The notes under the pieces: model-generated
What the model saw: only the letters and a program-made list of their open reading frames with translations
Told to the model about the DNA's origin: nothing
Databases searched by the model: none
Part shown: positions 10,824-21,892 of the stretch, in pieces
How positions within the stretch are numbered: position 1 is the first letter of the stretch
How the letters are laid out: the number at the start of each line of letters is the position of its first letter
Position numbers and translations under genes: made by a program
NCBI GenBank assembly: GCA_963806035.1
Contig: CAWDWO010000016.1
Location: forward strand, 74,581 to 138,580
Length of the DNA stretch: 64,000 nt
DNA from: Candidatus Krumholzibacteriota bacterium
GTDB lineage: Bacteria > Krumholzibacteriota > Krumholzibacteriia > JAJRXK01
Direction of reading: 5' to 3'

Positions 10824-11915
10824 ATGAGAACCGAACGCGCATTTCCCCGGGCCCTGCTCTGCCGCCCCTTTTGGGCGGCCGTGGTCCTGCTCGGACTGTG
10901 GAGCTTGAGCCTGGGGGCGGCCACGGGCCGCGCCGCGGACGATCGAGACTTGCTCAGCTTCGAGCTGGAGCGAACGGATACCGTGCTGGAGCACGTACAG
11001 GAGAATCTGCGCGAGGCCAACAACCCCCGTCTCCACGAACTCTTCAAGCAGGCAGTATCCGTACAGGAGCTGGCCAAGAGGCTTTTCGAGAGCAGTTCGC
11101 CCACGATCGATGCCGCAAGCAAGCTACGGGTTCTGGGACTGACACGACGCGCGCGTGACATGGCACTGCGCATTCAGCGCGAAGTGCGCAAGGACGTAAC
11201 CTACCAAGAGCAGGCTCGCCGCCTCCTCGAAAGGTCCCGCGCACTTCTGGAGCGTATCGACGAAAACAGCGACCGGATCCGTGATCCCCGAGTGCAGGCC
11301 GTGCTCGACAAAGCGCGACGGCAGTTGTCCACGGCGGAGCAGCAGTACGCGGACGGAAACTTCGAAGCGGCTCTGCGCCTCGCCGACTCCGCGAACGTGC
11401 AGCTCAGAAATCTCATCGAAGCGGTGCGCGACAAGCTGAGCGTTGCGCGAGTCGAACGCGAGCTCGACCGGACCGACGGGTTCCTGCTCAGAGCCAAGGA
11501 GCGCTCCGACGAGGGCGACACACAAACGCAAGAGCTCTTGAAGCAAGCGAGCCTGTTGCAAACCAGGGCGCGTGAGGCAGCTTCCGCCCAGCACTTGATG
11601 CAGGCGATGAAGCTCACGCGTCAGTCACGCAAGCTGCTGAGAGAAATTCTCGGCGAGTTCTCGGATTCGGTGAGTCAGGAAGATTTCCAGCAGGCGCTTC
11701 AACGCTTCGATGCCCGTCTGGAACGCTTACGAGAGGAGAACGAGGGGAAGTTCGTCGGACCAGCCGACCAACTGGTGAATCAGGCGCTGCAATCGCGGGC
11801 GAGAGCGATGCAAGCCGCCGATTCGCAGGACTACTCGACCGCCCTCGCGCGGATCCGTGTCGGGCTCGATCTCCTCAACCGGGCGGGGCGGCTGCTCGGG
11901 GCCAACTCCGGATAA
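10824..11915 (+). CDS. Secreted/periplasmic all-helical repeat protein of unknown function
   Basis: Signal peptide, then about four ~80-aa helical repeats (ELERTDTVLE / LLERSRALLE / ELDRTDGFLL / ALQRFDARLE). Confidence 0.75.
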   Translation: MRTERAFPRALLCRPFWAAVVLLGLWSLSLGAATGRAADDRDLLSFELERTDTVLEHVQENLREANNPRLHELFKQAVSVQELAKRLFESSSPTIDAASKLRVLGLTRRARDMALRIQREVRKDVTYQEQARRLLERSRALLERIDENSDRIRDPRVQAVLDKARRQLSTAEQQYADGNFEAALRLADSANVQLRNLIEAVRDKLSVARVERELDRTDGFLLRAKERSDEGDTQTQELLKQASLLQTRAREAASAQHLMQAMKLTRQSRKLLREILGEFSDSVSQEDFQQALQRFDARLERLREENEGKFVGPADQLVNQALQSRARAMQAADSQDYSTALARIRVGLDLLNRAGRLLGANSG

Positions 11916-11921
11916 ACCGAC

Positions 11922-13238
11922 GTGGCGGGGGGAATATCGCGGAACTTCAGCATCTTGGTACTGGCGGCGGCGCTCTCATGCGCCGCCGCCGTCGCGCGTG
12001 CGGCTCCTCCCCAGCTCAGCAGCGCGTTCGAGCTGGGCTACGATCGTTTCGCTCAAGTTTTCAAGATCACCGATTCGATCCTGCTGGATTCGCTCGGTCC
12101 CAGCGCCACCTTCCGAAGCAGTTCGAAGGATACGACTGACGTCTTCACGGAATTCAGGACCCAGGGAGAACTGCGCCTGCGGAATCCAAAGGGTGCGCAT
12201 CGCTACGATCTACTTCTTTTGGGCTCCTTGGGCACTTCGTTGAACCGCGGCACTTTGGATGCCGTGTACCGATACCGTCCGCGGGAGAGTGCCACGCGTT
12301 GGGACCTCGAAGCCAAGCTGGAGGGGCGTCAATTCGTGAAGGACTCTTCCTTCAGCCTGAGCCACGACAATCTGCGTGCCCTCACCAGCGTGCGCTGGCG
12401 CCGGCGCGCGTCGCATTCGCTGGAGTTCGGGCTCAAGTTGAAGGATGAGGATCTGCGGTACGACGGCAGGAGCGAGTTCGAATACGACCAGAATCGGTGG
12501 ACGGGGAGCGGGCTCTTGAGTCTGGATCGGGGGCTCGGCCTCACCCTGGATCTGGAGGCCGGAGGAGGGGTACGTACGGTTCCCGACAGCACGCAGATCA
12601 GTTACCAGCGCGGATTTCTCAACGCCGACCTGCTATGGCTGTTTGGTGCGGGCCATTCGCTTTCGTGCTTCAGCACATTCGAGCGGCGCGCGTTTCAGGA
12701 TCCGAAGACTCGTTCCCCCTACTGGGACCTCGTGCTCGAGCCGCAACTGCGCATCATGCTGACGCGCCTGTGGCGCCTGAGCCTGGATCTCTCCCAGGAG
12801 CTTCTGTTCTACGATACCGACGGCCAGGTCTATCAGGACACCTGGATCGGAGAGCTGGGGATTGGCCTGACGCGCCGTTTCGGCGAGCTCGAGCTGGGTG
12901 TGCAACCGCGTTGGTCTTGGGACTCTTCCCCCCGTTTCGCCGATGACGAGTATCGCCAGCCCTCGGTGCTGGTGAAAGCTGACCTCTACGGCAACGGCCG
13001 GCTCTGGTTCACGATCAGCGAGGAGATCGGGCGCAGATTGTATGCGGATCCTCCGGAAGCTTCGATCCCGCTCTACACGGACTACACCTTCTTCAGGACC
13101 ACGCTCATGGCCACACTCAGTGTGTCGGAGAAACTCAGTCTCAACGCTTTCGTCAGCGACCAACCCGACAATCACCTCAGGGAAGAGGACGACAGCCGGC
13201 TCACACTGTATAGTCTTTCGCTCAGAGCCAGTTTCTAA
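11922..13238 (+). CDS. Outer-membrane beta-barrel protein of unknown function
   Basis: Signal peptide ending AARA, alternating amphipathic beta-strands and a C-terminal beta-signal (YSLSLRASF). Confidence 0.75.
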   Translation: MAGGISRNFSILVLAAALSCAAAVARAAPPQLSSAFELGYDRFAQVFKITDSILLDSLGPSATFRSSSKDTTDVFTEFRTQGELRLRNPKGAHRYDLLLLGSLGTSLNRGTLDAVYRYRPRESATRWDLEAKLEGRQFVKDSSFSLSHDNLRALTSVRWRRRASHSLEFGLKLKDEDLRYDGRSEFEYDQNRWTGSGLLSLDRGLGLTLDLEAGGGVRTVPDSTQISYQRGFLNADLLWLFGAGHSLSCFSTFERRAFQDPKTRSPYWDLVLEPQLRIMLTRLWRLSLDLSQELLFYDTDGQVYQDTWIGELGIGLTRRFGELELGVQPRWSWDSSPRFADDEYRQPSVLVKADLYGNGRLWFTISEEIGRRLYADPPEASIPLYTDYTFFRTTLMATLSVSEKLSLNAFVSDQPDNHLREEDDSRLTLYSLSLRASF

Positions 13239-13262
13239 AGCCTCGACAAAGTGGGAGTGGAG

Positions 13263-14150
13263 ATGATCGAGCGATCTCTGGAGCGCGCGTTCCAAACGCT
13301 GCATCAACGGACGGAGCGTCCCGTACCCTGGAGCGGAGACGCGGAAGCTCGCTGGAGCGAAACGGAATTTTCCCGTAACTACGCGCGCGCCGCGGTGCGA
13401 GATGCGGTCACTACTTCGCAAGAGCTCGAGCACATCGTGGCGGCGGCGGAACTCTCGATTCATCCAACGTCCCAAGAGCTGAAGGACGTGCTCGATTTGG
13501 GGTGCGGGGACGGCCGTCTGCTCCTCCCTCTGGCGCGGATGGGTCATCGTGGCTTCGGCTTCGATTTGGGCCCCTCGCCCGTGAATACCCTAAAGGAGCT
13601 CGCGGGGCGCCACTCGCTCGCCGTCGAAGCGATCACCGCGGATCTGCGCAGCTTCTCCAAAGGGGAGCTTTCGCTGGGTCCGCGCGAGGGATTCGACCTG
13701 GCGCTTCTTTCCTTCGGTACCCTGGGGGCGGTGCCGAGGCCCGAGGGCATCGAGCTTCTCTCGGCTCTCAGCCGGCGCATGAAGCCAGGGGGGATCGTGC
13801 ACCTGGACACGGGGCTCTCGGTCGGATTCGCCGAGGAACTGGACGGTCGGCAGGAGTGGTGGACGAGCGAGGATTTCGTGCCGGGCCGAGGCGCCCAACT
13901 GGTCCTCGACGATCAGGCCTACTACACGAAGGAGCGAGTTTTCGTGCGCCGAACCTATTCGATCTTCCTCGACGGAAGCTCACGCTTCACCGAATTGACG
14001 CAGACCAGTCAACTCTACGAGTGCGAGGAACTGTCCGAAATTCTGAACGAAGAGGGCTTTGAAGTGGAGGAGAGAAGCGGAGACTTCCTCGGTACTCCTT
14101 ACGACTCCGTTAGCAGTGAAAATCTGGTGCTGGTGGCGCGCAAAAAGTAG
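13263..14150 (+). CDS. Class I SAM-dependent methyltransferase
   Basis: VLDLGCGDGR motif I, GFDL, ADLR, and MKPGG post-motif. Confidence 0.88.
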   Translation: MIERSLERAFQTLHQRTERPVPWSGDAEARWSETEFSRNYARAAVRDAVTTSQELEHIVAAAELSIHPTSQELKDVLDLGCGDGRLLLPLARMGHRGFGFDLGPSPVNTLKELAGRHSLAVEAITADLRSFSKGELSLGPREGFDLALLSFGTLGAVPRPEGIELLSALSRRMKPGGIVHLDTGLSVGFAEELDGRQEWWTSEDFVPGRGAQLVLDDQAYYTKERVFVRRTYSIFLDGSSRFTELTQTSQLYECEELSEILNEEGFEVEERSGDFLGTPYDSVSSENLVLVARKK

Positions 14151-14237
14151 GTGCGATTCTGGCGCACCATCTGCACTATACTTTTCGAGCGGTCTCGATC
14201 TGATTTCCGCTGACGGTTTGTCCCATCTGGAGGTTCC

Positions 14238-16823
14238 ATGCGACGCCCTCTGCTCCCTCTGGCGTTGGTTCTTGCTGCGTCGATTTCCGCACTTCCCCTA
14301 CGGGTTATGGCCCAAATCGTCTCACCACGCGACGGTGGCGACTTGCCCGCGGCCTATCGCGAGCTGATCGCCCGGGATCCGCACGCCTTCACCATGAGGC
14401 ACGCCTGGATCGAGAAGGCCAAGAAGCTGCGCGGCGAGCGGGCTCAGGCGATGGAGGAGGGCTCCAGCAAAGCGGCCGCCTCGTACAAGGTGAGCGGCAC
14501 TTACCACATCCCGATCTTTCCCGTCACCTTCGCCAACACTTCCGCCCAGCCCTATCCGGTGAGCGATTTGCAGAGCGAACTCTTCGGGCCCTCACCTTCG
14601 GGCTATGATCTCACCGAGTTTTACGACGAGATGTCCTACGGCAACATCCAGGCCAGCGGCACGGTCTACGACTGGGTCGCGCTTCCCCAGGACGACACCT
14701 ACTACGAGGGTGGAGTCAACGGTCTCGATCCGACGCATGCCAAGGTTGGCGAGATCATCAAGACTTGCCTCGACGCCTACGACCCCAGCGTCGATTTCGG
14801 GCTCTACGACAACGATGGCCCGGATGGGATTCCCAACAGCGGGGATGACGACGGCTATGTGGATTTCGTGGCGTTCGTGCAGCCGGAGCAGGGGGGGGAA
14901 TGCGGAGGAAACGACAACATCTGGTCGCACCGGTGGGTCTATCAAGCCTGGAACATCAGCGGGAACATGCCCTACCAGACCAACGATCCCTCCGCCAGCG
15001 GCGGCGTGATTCTCATCGATGACTATACCATCCAGCCCGCGCTCTCATGCGCGATGGGCGCGCCAATGGTGGAGATCGGCGTGTTCTGTCACGAATTCGG
15101 CCACGCTTTCGGATTGCCCGATCTCTACGACACCGACGGCGGCAGCTCACAGGGACTGGGGCACTGGGGCTTGATGGCGGCCGGCAACTGGAACAAACCG
15201 GACTCGCCCGCGCACATGTCCGCCTGGTCCAAAGCTGAGCTGGGCTGGCTGACTCCGATCGAGGTGGACTGGCAGGGAGCGACGGTGAACATCCCCCCGG
15301 TGGAGACCAACCCGGTGGCGTACGAGCTCTCCTTCAACGAGGACCGCTGGAGAGTGCGCGGTGACTGCGCGCTGAACGGGAGCAAGAGCTTGACCGTGGG
15401 ACTGGACAATACCGAGGCCTCCGCTCGCGGTTGGGCCGCGGGCAGGGGTTACGGGAATTTCTGGCGCGAGACGGTGGCCCACGACTTCCATTTCGACGGC
15501 ACGGGCCCGGTATCTCTGGACTTCGCCTATCGCAAGGACAGCGAGGGGGGCTACGACTACACCTATTGCGTGCTCGAAGTGGACTCCGTCGAGACGCTGT
15601 TGGCGGCCTACGACAACGTGGGTAGCGGAACCGCTGCGTTCGATCTCACTCCCTATCTGGGAAGCACGGAGACCGACTACCGGATCAAGTTCCGCTTCGT
15701 TTCCGACACCGGCTACTCCGACGAGGACGGGAACTACCTCACGACCTGCGCTCCCTTCGTGGTGGATGACATCCAGGTCAGCGGGGGAGGAGAGAGCTAC
15801 TCCACCGATTTCGAAACCAATCGCTCGGGCTGGTATCAGCCCGACGACGCGCTGGACAATCCAATTTCCGAAAAGTGGCTGGTGGAGAACCGCCAGGCCC
15901 TGGGCAGCGAGTCCTATCTCCACGGATCCGGCTTGGCGATCTACCACGTCGATCAGGAAGTGGCCCATAGCTACCTGGGCAACGATGGGGGCATCTCCAA
16001 CACTGCGGTGCGGGGCGTGGCCATGGAGCAGGCCGACGGCGACGGGGATCTCGAAGCGGGCTTGAATCGCGGCGACAACGGAGACATTTGGCCGGGGATC
16101 AGCTTGCAGACCACCTTTGGTCCGGCTTCGATTCCCTCTTCGATCGACAATTCGGGTTATCCCACCCTGATCGAAGTCTCTTCCATTGCCCAGAATGGAA
16201 ACGACATGAGCGCGACTCTGCTTGCAGGAGATCCTGCACCCAGCCTCAGCGGAATCGATCCGTCGAGCGAGGGGAATGGGCAGTCCGTCCATCTCGATCT
16301 GCTCGGGGAGGAGAACGTGCGGCACGGGGCCACTCTCGTCCTTTCCAAGACTGGTTCGCCCGACATCCCGGCCACTTTGAATTGGACCGATTACGATAGC
16401 GTCGACGTGGACCTGAATCTCGATGGCGCGGAGCCCGGGCAGTACGACGTGGTGCTCCAGAACCCCGATGGTCAGAACGTGGTTCTCGCTCAGGGTTTCG
16501 AGGTGATCGCGGTCACCGCGGCGCCGGTGCTGAGCGCGGGACCGGCGCGGATGGCATTGGCGCAGAACTATCCCAACCCCTTCAATCCCACCACCACGAT
16601 TCGATACCAGCTCGACCGAAGCGGTCCGGTGCGGCTGGTGGTCTTGGACGTGAAGGGCCGGATCGTGAAGACCCTGGTCGATGGGTCGCGCGATGCCGGC
16701 TGGTATTCGGTGCGCTGGAACGGGACGGACGAGCACGGCAGAATGGTCGCGAGCGGCCTGTATTTCTACCAGATGAGCGCGACCAATTACGAAGCGCGCA
16801 AGAAGCTCCTCCTTCTGAAATGA
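14238..16823 (+). CDS. M6 family (immune inhibitor A-like) secreted metalloprotease with a C-terminal FlgD-Ig/T9SS-like sorting domain
   Basis: Signal peptide, FYDEMSYG, IWSHRW, HEFGHAFGLPDLYD, WGLMAAG, and C-terminal LAQNYPNPFNPTTTIRY...WNGTD..G..VASGLYFY. Confidence 0.92.
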   Translation: MRRPLLPLALVLAASISALPLRVMAQIVSPRDGGDLPAAYRELIARDPHAFTMRHAWIEKAKKLRGERAQAMEEGSSKAAASYKVSGTYHIPIFPVTFANTSAQPYPVSDLQSELFGPSPSGYDLTEFYDEMSYGNIQASGTVYDWVALPQDDTYYEGGVNGLDPTHAKVGEIIKTCLDAYDPSVDFGLYDNDGPDGIPNSGDDDGYVDFVAFVQPEQGGECGGNDNIWSHRWVYQAWNISGNMPYQTNDPSASGGVILIDDYTIQPALSCAMGAPMVEIGVFCHEFGHAFGLPDLYDTDGGSSQGLGHWGLMAAGNWNKPDSPAHMSAWSKAELGWLTPIEVDWQGATVNIPPVETNPVAYELSFNEDRWRVRGDCALNGSKSLTVGLDNTEASARGWAAGRGYGNFWRETVAHDFHFDGTGPVSLDFAYRKDSEGGYDYTYCVLEVDSVETLLAAYDNVGSGTAAFDLTPYLGSTETDYRIKFRFVSDTGYSDEDGNYLTTCAPFVVDDIQVSGGGESYSTDFETNRSGWYQPDDALDNPISEKWLVENRQALGSESYLHGSGLAIYHVDQEVAHSYLGNDGGISNTAVRGVAMEQADGDGDLEAGLNRGDNGDIWPGISLQTTFGPASIPSSIDNSGYPTLIEVSSIAQNGNDMSATLLAGDPAPSLSGIDPSSEGNGQSVHLDLLGEENVRHGATLVLSKTGSPDIPATLNWTDYDSVDVDLNLDGAEPGQYDVVLQNPDGQNVVLAQGFEVIAVTAAPVLSAGPARMALAQNYPNPFNPTTTIRYQLDRSGPVRLVVLDVKGRIVKTLVDGSRDAGWYSVRWNGTDEHGRMVASGLYFYQMSATNYEARKKLLLLK

Positions 16824-16897
16824 GCCCCCTCCTCACCCGCTGAGCGGGGCCGCGCATTGCCGCGAGGCGATGCTTCTGCTACTCTGCCGCCTCCTGA

Positions 16898-18373
<1,476 letters not shown>

Positions 18374-18521
18374 GGGCGTTCGAGCGATCGCGAGGGAGCT
18401 TCGAGGAGCGTGTGTTCGAATTGCCCCGCCCTCGGCGGACACCTATACTATGAGCGAATAGCGCAACGCTTCAGGGTCTATGGGATCGAAAACTTGCGGT
18501 ACCCACGCGGGAGTTGGCGAA

Positions 18522-19415
18522 ATGAGTAAGCAAAGCGGTGAGGACCGGCTTCGCCTCAAGGTTGGCTTGGCCGAAATGCTCAAGGGCGGCGTCATCATGG
18601 ACGTCACCAACGTCGAGCAGGCCAAGATCGCCGAAGACGCTGGAGCGAGCGCGGTCATGGCTCTCGAGAGAATCCCCGCGGACATTCGCGCGGACGGCGG
18701 CGTGGCCCGCATGTCCAATCCGCGCATGATCCAGGACATCATGGATGCGGTGAGCATTCCCGTCATGGCGAAGTGCCGCATCGGTCACTTCGCGGAGGCT
18801 CAGATCCTCCAGGCGATCGGAGTGGATTTCGTCGACGAGAGTGAAGTCCTGACTCCGGCCGACGAGGAGCACCACGTCGACAAATTCGCCTTCGACGTTC
18901 CTTTCGTTTGCGGTTGCAGGAACCTGGGAGAGGCTCTACGACGCATCGGCGAGGGGGCGGCGATGATGCGCACGAAGGGCGAGGCGGGCACCGGCGACAT
19001 CGTCGAAGCAGTCCGTCACATGCGCGCCGTGCAGGGCGGAATCCGAAGACTGCAGATGCTCCGTGACGAAGAACTCATGGCCGAAGCGAAAAATCTCGGC
19101 GCGCCCTACCACGTGCTTCTGGAGGTGCGTGAAAAGGGTAAGCTGCCGGTCCCGAACTTTGCCGCCGGAGGAATTGCAACGCCGGCCGATGCGTCCCTGA
19201 TGATGCAACTCGGCGCGGAGTCTGTTTTCGTCGGAAGCGGCATCTTCAAGAGCGACGATCCCGCGGCGCGAGCCAAGGCGGTCGTGCAAGCCGTCACCTT
19301 CTTCGACGACCCGAAGAAACTGGCCGAGGTCAGCCGCGAGCTGGGCGATGCCATGCGCGGTCAGTCGGTGGAGAAACTCTCCAAGGAAGAGCTGCTCGCC
19401 GGCCGGGGTTGGTAG
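18522..19415 (+). CDS. pdxS: Pyridoxal 5'-phosphate synthase lyase subunit
   Basis: [49 protein letters not shown]. Confidence 0.98.
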   Translation: MSKQSGEDRLRLKVGLAEMLKGGVIMDVTNVEQAKIAEDAGASAVMALERIPADIRADGGVARMSNPRMIQDIMDAVSIPVMAKCRIGHFAEAQILQAIGVDFVDESEVLTPADEEHHVDKFAFDVPFVCGCRNLGEALRRIGEGAAMMRTKGEAGTGDIVEAVRHMRAVQGGIRRLQMLRDEELMAEAKNLGAPYHVLLEVREKGKLPVPNFAAGGIATPADASLMMQLGAESVFVGSGIFKSDDPAARAKAVVQAVTFFDDPKKLAEVSRELGDAMRGQSVEKLSKEELLAGRGW

Positions 19416-20056
19416 TGACACGGCCGGCGCGAATCGGCGTTCTCGCTCTACAAGGAGATTTCGCCGCCCATCTGCAAGTCCTGAAGGAGATGGGTGTCGA
19501 GGCGACCACGGTGCGTCGTCCAAAGGAGCTGGCGGGACTCTCCGGACTGATCATTCCCGGTGGCGAGAGCACCACCCTCATCAAGCTGCTGCGCGCGAAC
19601 GATCTCATCTCGGCCATCCGCGAATTCGCGAAAGAGCGCGGTGTCATGGGCACCTGTGCCGGCGCCATTCTCATGGCCAAAGAGCTGGAGGACGCCGGCG
19701 GCGTCGAACCGCTGGGTCTTCTGGACATGACGGTGCGCCGTAACGGCTTCGGGCGACAGATCGATTCCTTCGAGGACGAGATCACCACCACCGTCGATTT
19801 CGAAGGGCCGGCGCCCCGGGGGGGCATTTTCATCCGCGCGCCGCGGATCCTGCGTGTGGGGGAGGGGGTGGAGGTGATCGCCGTTTACCGGCAGGAGCCA
19901 GTCGCCGTACGCTCGCGAATCACGGCTCCGCGGCATCTCGCACTCACCTTTCATCCTGAATTGAATGGAGTTAGCTCATGGCATCGCCTGTGGCTCGCTT
20001 CGATCGTTGCAAAAAGAGAAACTGCATCTGAATCTCCACTTCACGGAAGCTTGTAA
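19415..20056 (+). CDS. pdxT: Pyridoxal 5'-phosphate synthase glutaminase subunit
   Basis: GVLALQG, PGGESTT, GTCAG, RNGFGRQ, FIRAP, FHPE; directly follows pdxS. Confidence 0.97.
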   Translation: MTRPARIGVLALQGDFAAHLQVLKEMGVEATTVRRPKELAGLSGLIIPGGESTTLIKLLRANDLISAIREFAKERGVMGTCAGAILMAKELEDAGGVEPLGLLDMTVRRNGFGRQIDSFEDEITTTVDFEGPAPRGGIFIRAPRILRVGEGVEVIAVYRQEPVAVRSRITAPRHLALTFHPELNGVSSWHRLWLASIVAKRETASESPLHGSL

Positions 20057-20211
20057 GGCCTGAAGGCGCCAAAACGACGCAAAATCGAGTCTCTTGCCCT
20101 CTTGTGTCCGTTTCTGATAGAATGGGATGGTCCCTAGTCACAGGCTCCCTCATCTGCATTGCACACTTTGCACAACCTGTACGCCGGACAATCCTGTTAG
20201 GAGAAAAAAGA

Positions 20212-20907
20212 ATGTCCCAACGCTATCGCATCCTGTTTCTGTCCCTGATGGTGTTGGCGATTGCGGCCTTTAGCACAGCCGCGTTTGCCGATCCCTGTCT
20301 CACCGTCTATCCCACCGGTCCCACCGTTTATCACTACGACATGAGCGAATATTATGTCGTGGGACCGGGTGATCCTCTGTACGACCCGATGTACGACCGT
20401 GGTGGATACTGTCTCATCGATTCCAACAGCATGGATTTCGACATGAGTATCTACCAGGCCCCGAATCTCGTGGGCTTCACGCCGAGCACCGATGGCATGG
20501 ATGGCTACTTCTTCGAAGGCTACAGCTTCCAGCTCGTCATCGATGGATTCAGCAATACGCCCACGAGCTATGACAACATCATCCTCGTCATCAATCCTCT
20601 GCCGGCTTCGTGTCCTCCCATGGTCACGATCGATGGCAACTTGGTGACGGGGGGTACCTATCCTCTCGGCAGCCTCGTGGTGAGCACGCCCACCGCCGAG
20701 GGCCACAATTACTCAGACACCATGGTGCTCGACGTCACCTGGGCCGAGTGCGCCCAGATGCAGTTCTGGGCCTATGATGACGAGAACTACAACGGCATGA
20801 AAGACGGCGGTGAGTGCTTCAGTGCCTTCTCGCACGACACCACCGTGCCCAGCGCTCGCGTTTCGATCGGAACGATCAAGGCGCAGTTTGGGGGCTCTGG
20901 GCAATAG
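20212..20907 (+). CDS. Secreted acidic hypothetical protein with a short C-terminal putative sorting motif
   Basis: AGGAG RBS, signal peptide ending AFA-D, a D/Y/G-rich beta domain, and C-terminus VPSARVSIGTIKAQFG. Confidence 0.78.
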   Translation: MSQRYRILFLSLMVLAIAAFSTAAFADPCLTVYPTGPTVYHYDMSEYYVVGPGDPLYDPMYDRGGYCLIDSNSMDFDMSIYQAPNLVGFTPSTDGMDGYFFEGYSFQLVIDGFSNTPTSYDNIILVINPLPASCPPMVTIDGNLVTGGTYPLGSLVVSTPTAEGHNYSDTMVLDVTWAECAQMQFWAYDDENYNGMKDGGECFSAFSHDTTVPSARVSIGTIKAQFGGSGQ

Positions 20908-21886
20908 CGGGAGCCTCACGCTCGGCCGCTTTCATGAGATCTTGGAACGACCGCAAGGTTGTACGGGCCGTGACGGTAATTCTGGCGAGATGCCAGGTGC
21001 TGTCGCGGCCCGGCTCGTTTGTACCCGCCGCCAGGCTCAGACTTCCGTGGTAGCCCTCGTGCGCCGCCAGTGAATCGAGTGGCGAGGAGGCCCAGCCGTA
21101 GGGCCAGGCCAGCCACTTCGCGGGATGTCCCAGATGCTTCTGCAAGCTGTGGGTGGACCTGCGCAGGTCCAGACTCACGAAGAGTTTGCCTTCGGGCAAG
21201 GGTGGACCCTCGTAGGGAACTTCGTGCAGGAAGATCGGCTGCATCTTGCCGTGTGGTCCTTTGACCTTGTAATGCATGTCATCGGAGTGACTCTCCACCC
21301 TGAATACTCCGGTTCTCTCCAAGCTGCGCAGCTGACTCCAATTCAGAGAACGCACTTCCTTCCATTCTTTCCCGACCCTTGAAGTCACCACCATGATGGT
21401 GGCCTTCATTCCGTAACGCAGCAGAACGGGATAGGCGTAGCGGAGTACGCTCTGATCTCCGTCGTCGAAGGTGATGACGATGGGTTTCGGCGGCCCCATT
21501 TCCTCGCCCGCGAGAATCTTCTCGAGTTCGTCCAGGTCGATGGTCGTGTAGCCGTTGTCCGCGAGCCACTCCATGTGGCGCGCGAACAGCTCAGCCGGCG
21601 TGGTCCAGTACTCTCGCTCTTTGAGGGTGGGGAGGTTGAAGAGCACCGCGCCCAGAACGCGCAAGAGATAGACGGGCCCCGTGCGCCCACGCAGATAGTG
21701 GTAGCAGAGGATGGGCACGCCCCCGGCGCGGAATTTTGCCGGGTCGAGGTCGATCTTGCCGGGCTCCTCGATCTCCAGGTAATTGGCGCGGGAGCCGTAA
21801 TCCTGGTAGGTCGCGTAATACTGCCGCCATACCACCAGCGAGGGGATGGTCAACAGGAAGAGGGCGATGAGGAGAAGCCGGCGCAT
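20876..21886 (-). CDS. CE4 polysaccharide deacetylase (IcaB/PgaB N-domain-like)
   Basis: PILCYH, ITFDDGD, ESHSDDMH, LAWPYG, LARI; N-terminal TM/signal; last gene of the pga-like operon. Confidence 0.88.
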   Translation of the reverse strand: MRRLLLIALFLLTIPSLVVWRQYYATYQDYGSRANYLEIEEPGKIDLDPAKFRAGGVPILCYHYLRGRTGPVYLLRVLGAVLFNLPTLKEREYWTTPAELFARHMEWLADNGYTTIDLDELEKILAGEEMGPPKPIVITFDDGDQSVLRYAYPVLLRYGMKATIMVVTSRVGKEWKEVRSLNWSQLRSLERTGVFRVESHSDDMHYKVKGPHGKMQPIFLHEVPYEGPPLPEGKLFVSLDLRRSTHSLQKHLGHPAKWLAWPYGWASSPLDSLAAHEGYHGSLSLAAGTNEPGRDSTWHLARITVTARTTLRSFQDLMKAAEREAPAIAQSPQTAP

Positions 21887-21892
21887 GGGTGC

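Noticed and set aside
16833..16850. Hairpin after the M6 protease as an intrinsic terminator
   Set aside because: The stem is short and has no U-tract, which is insufficient support.
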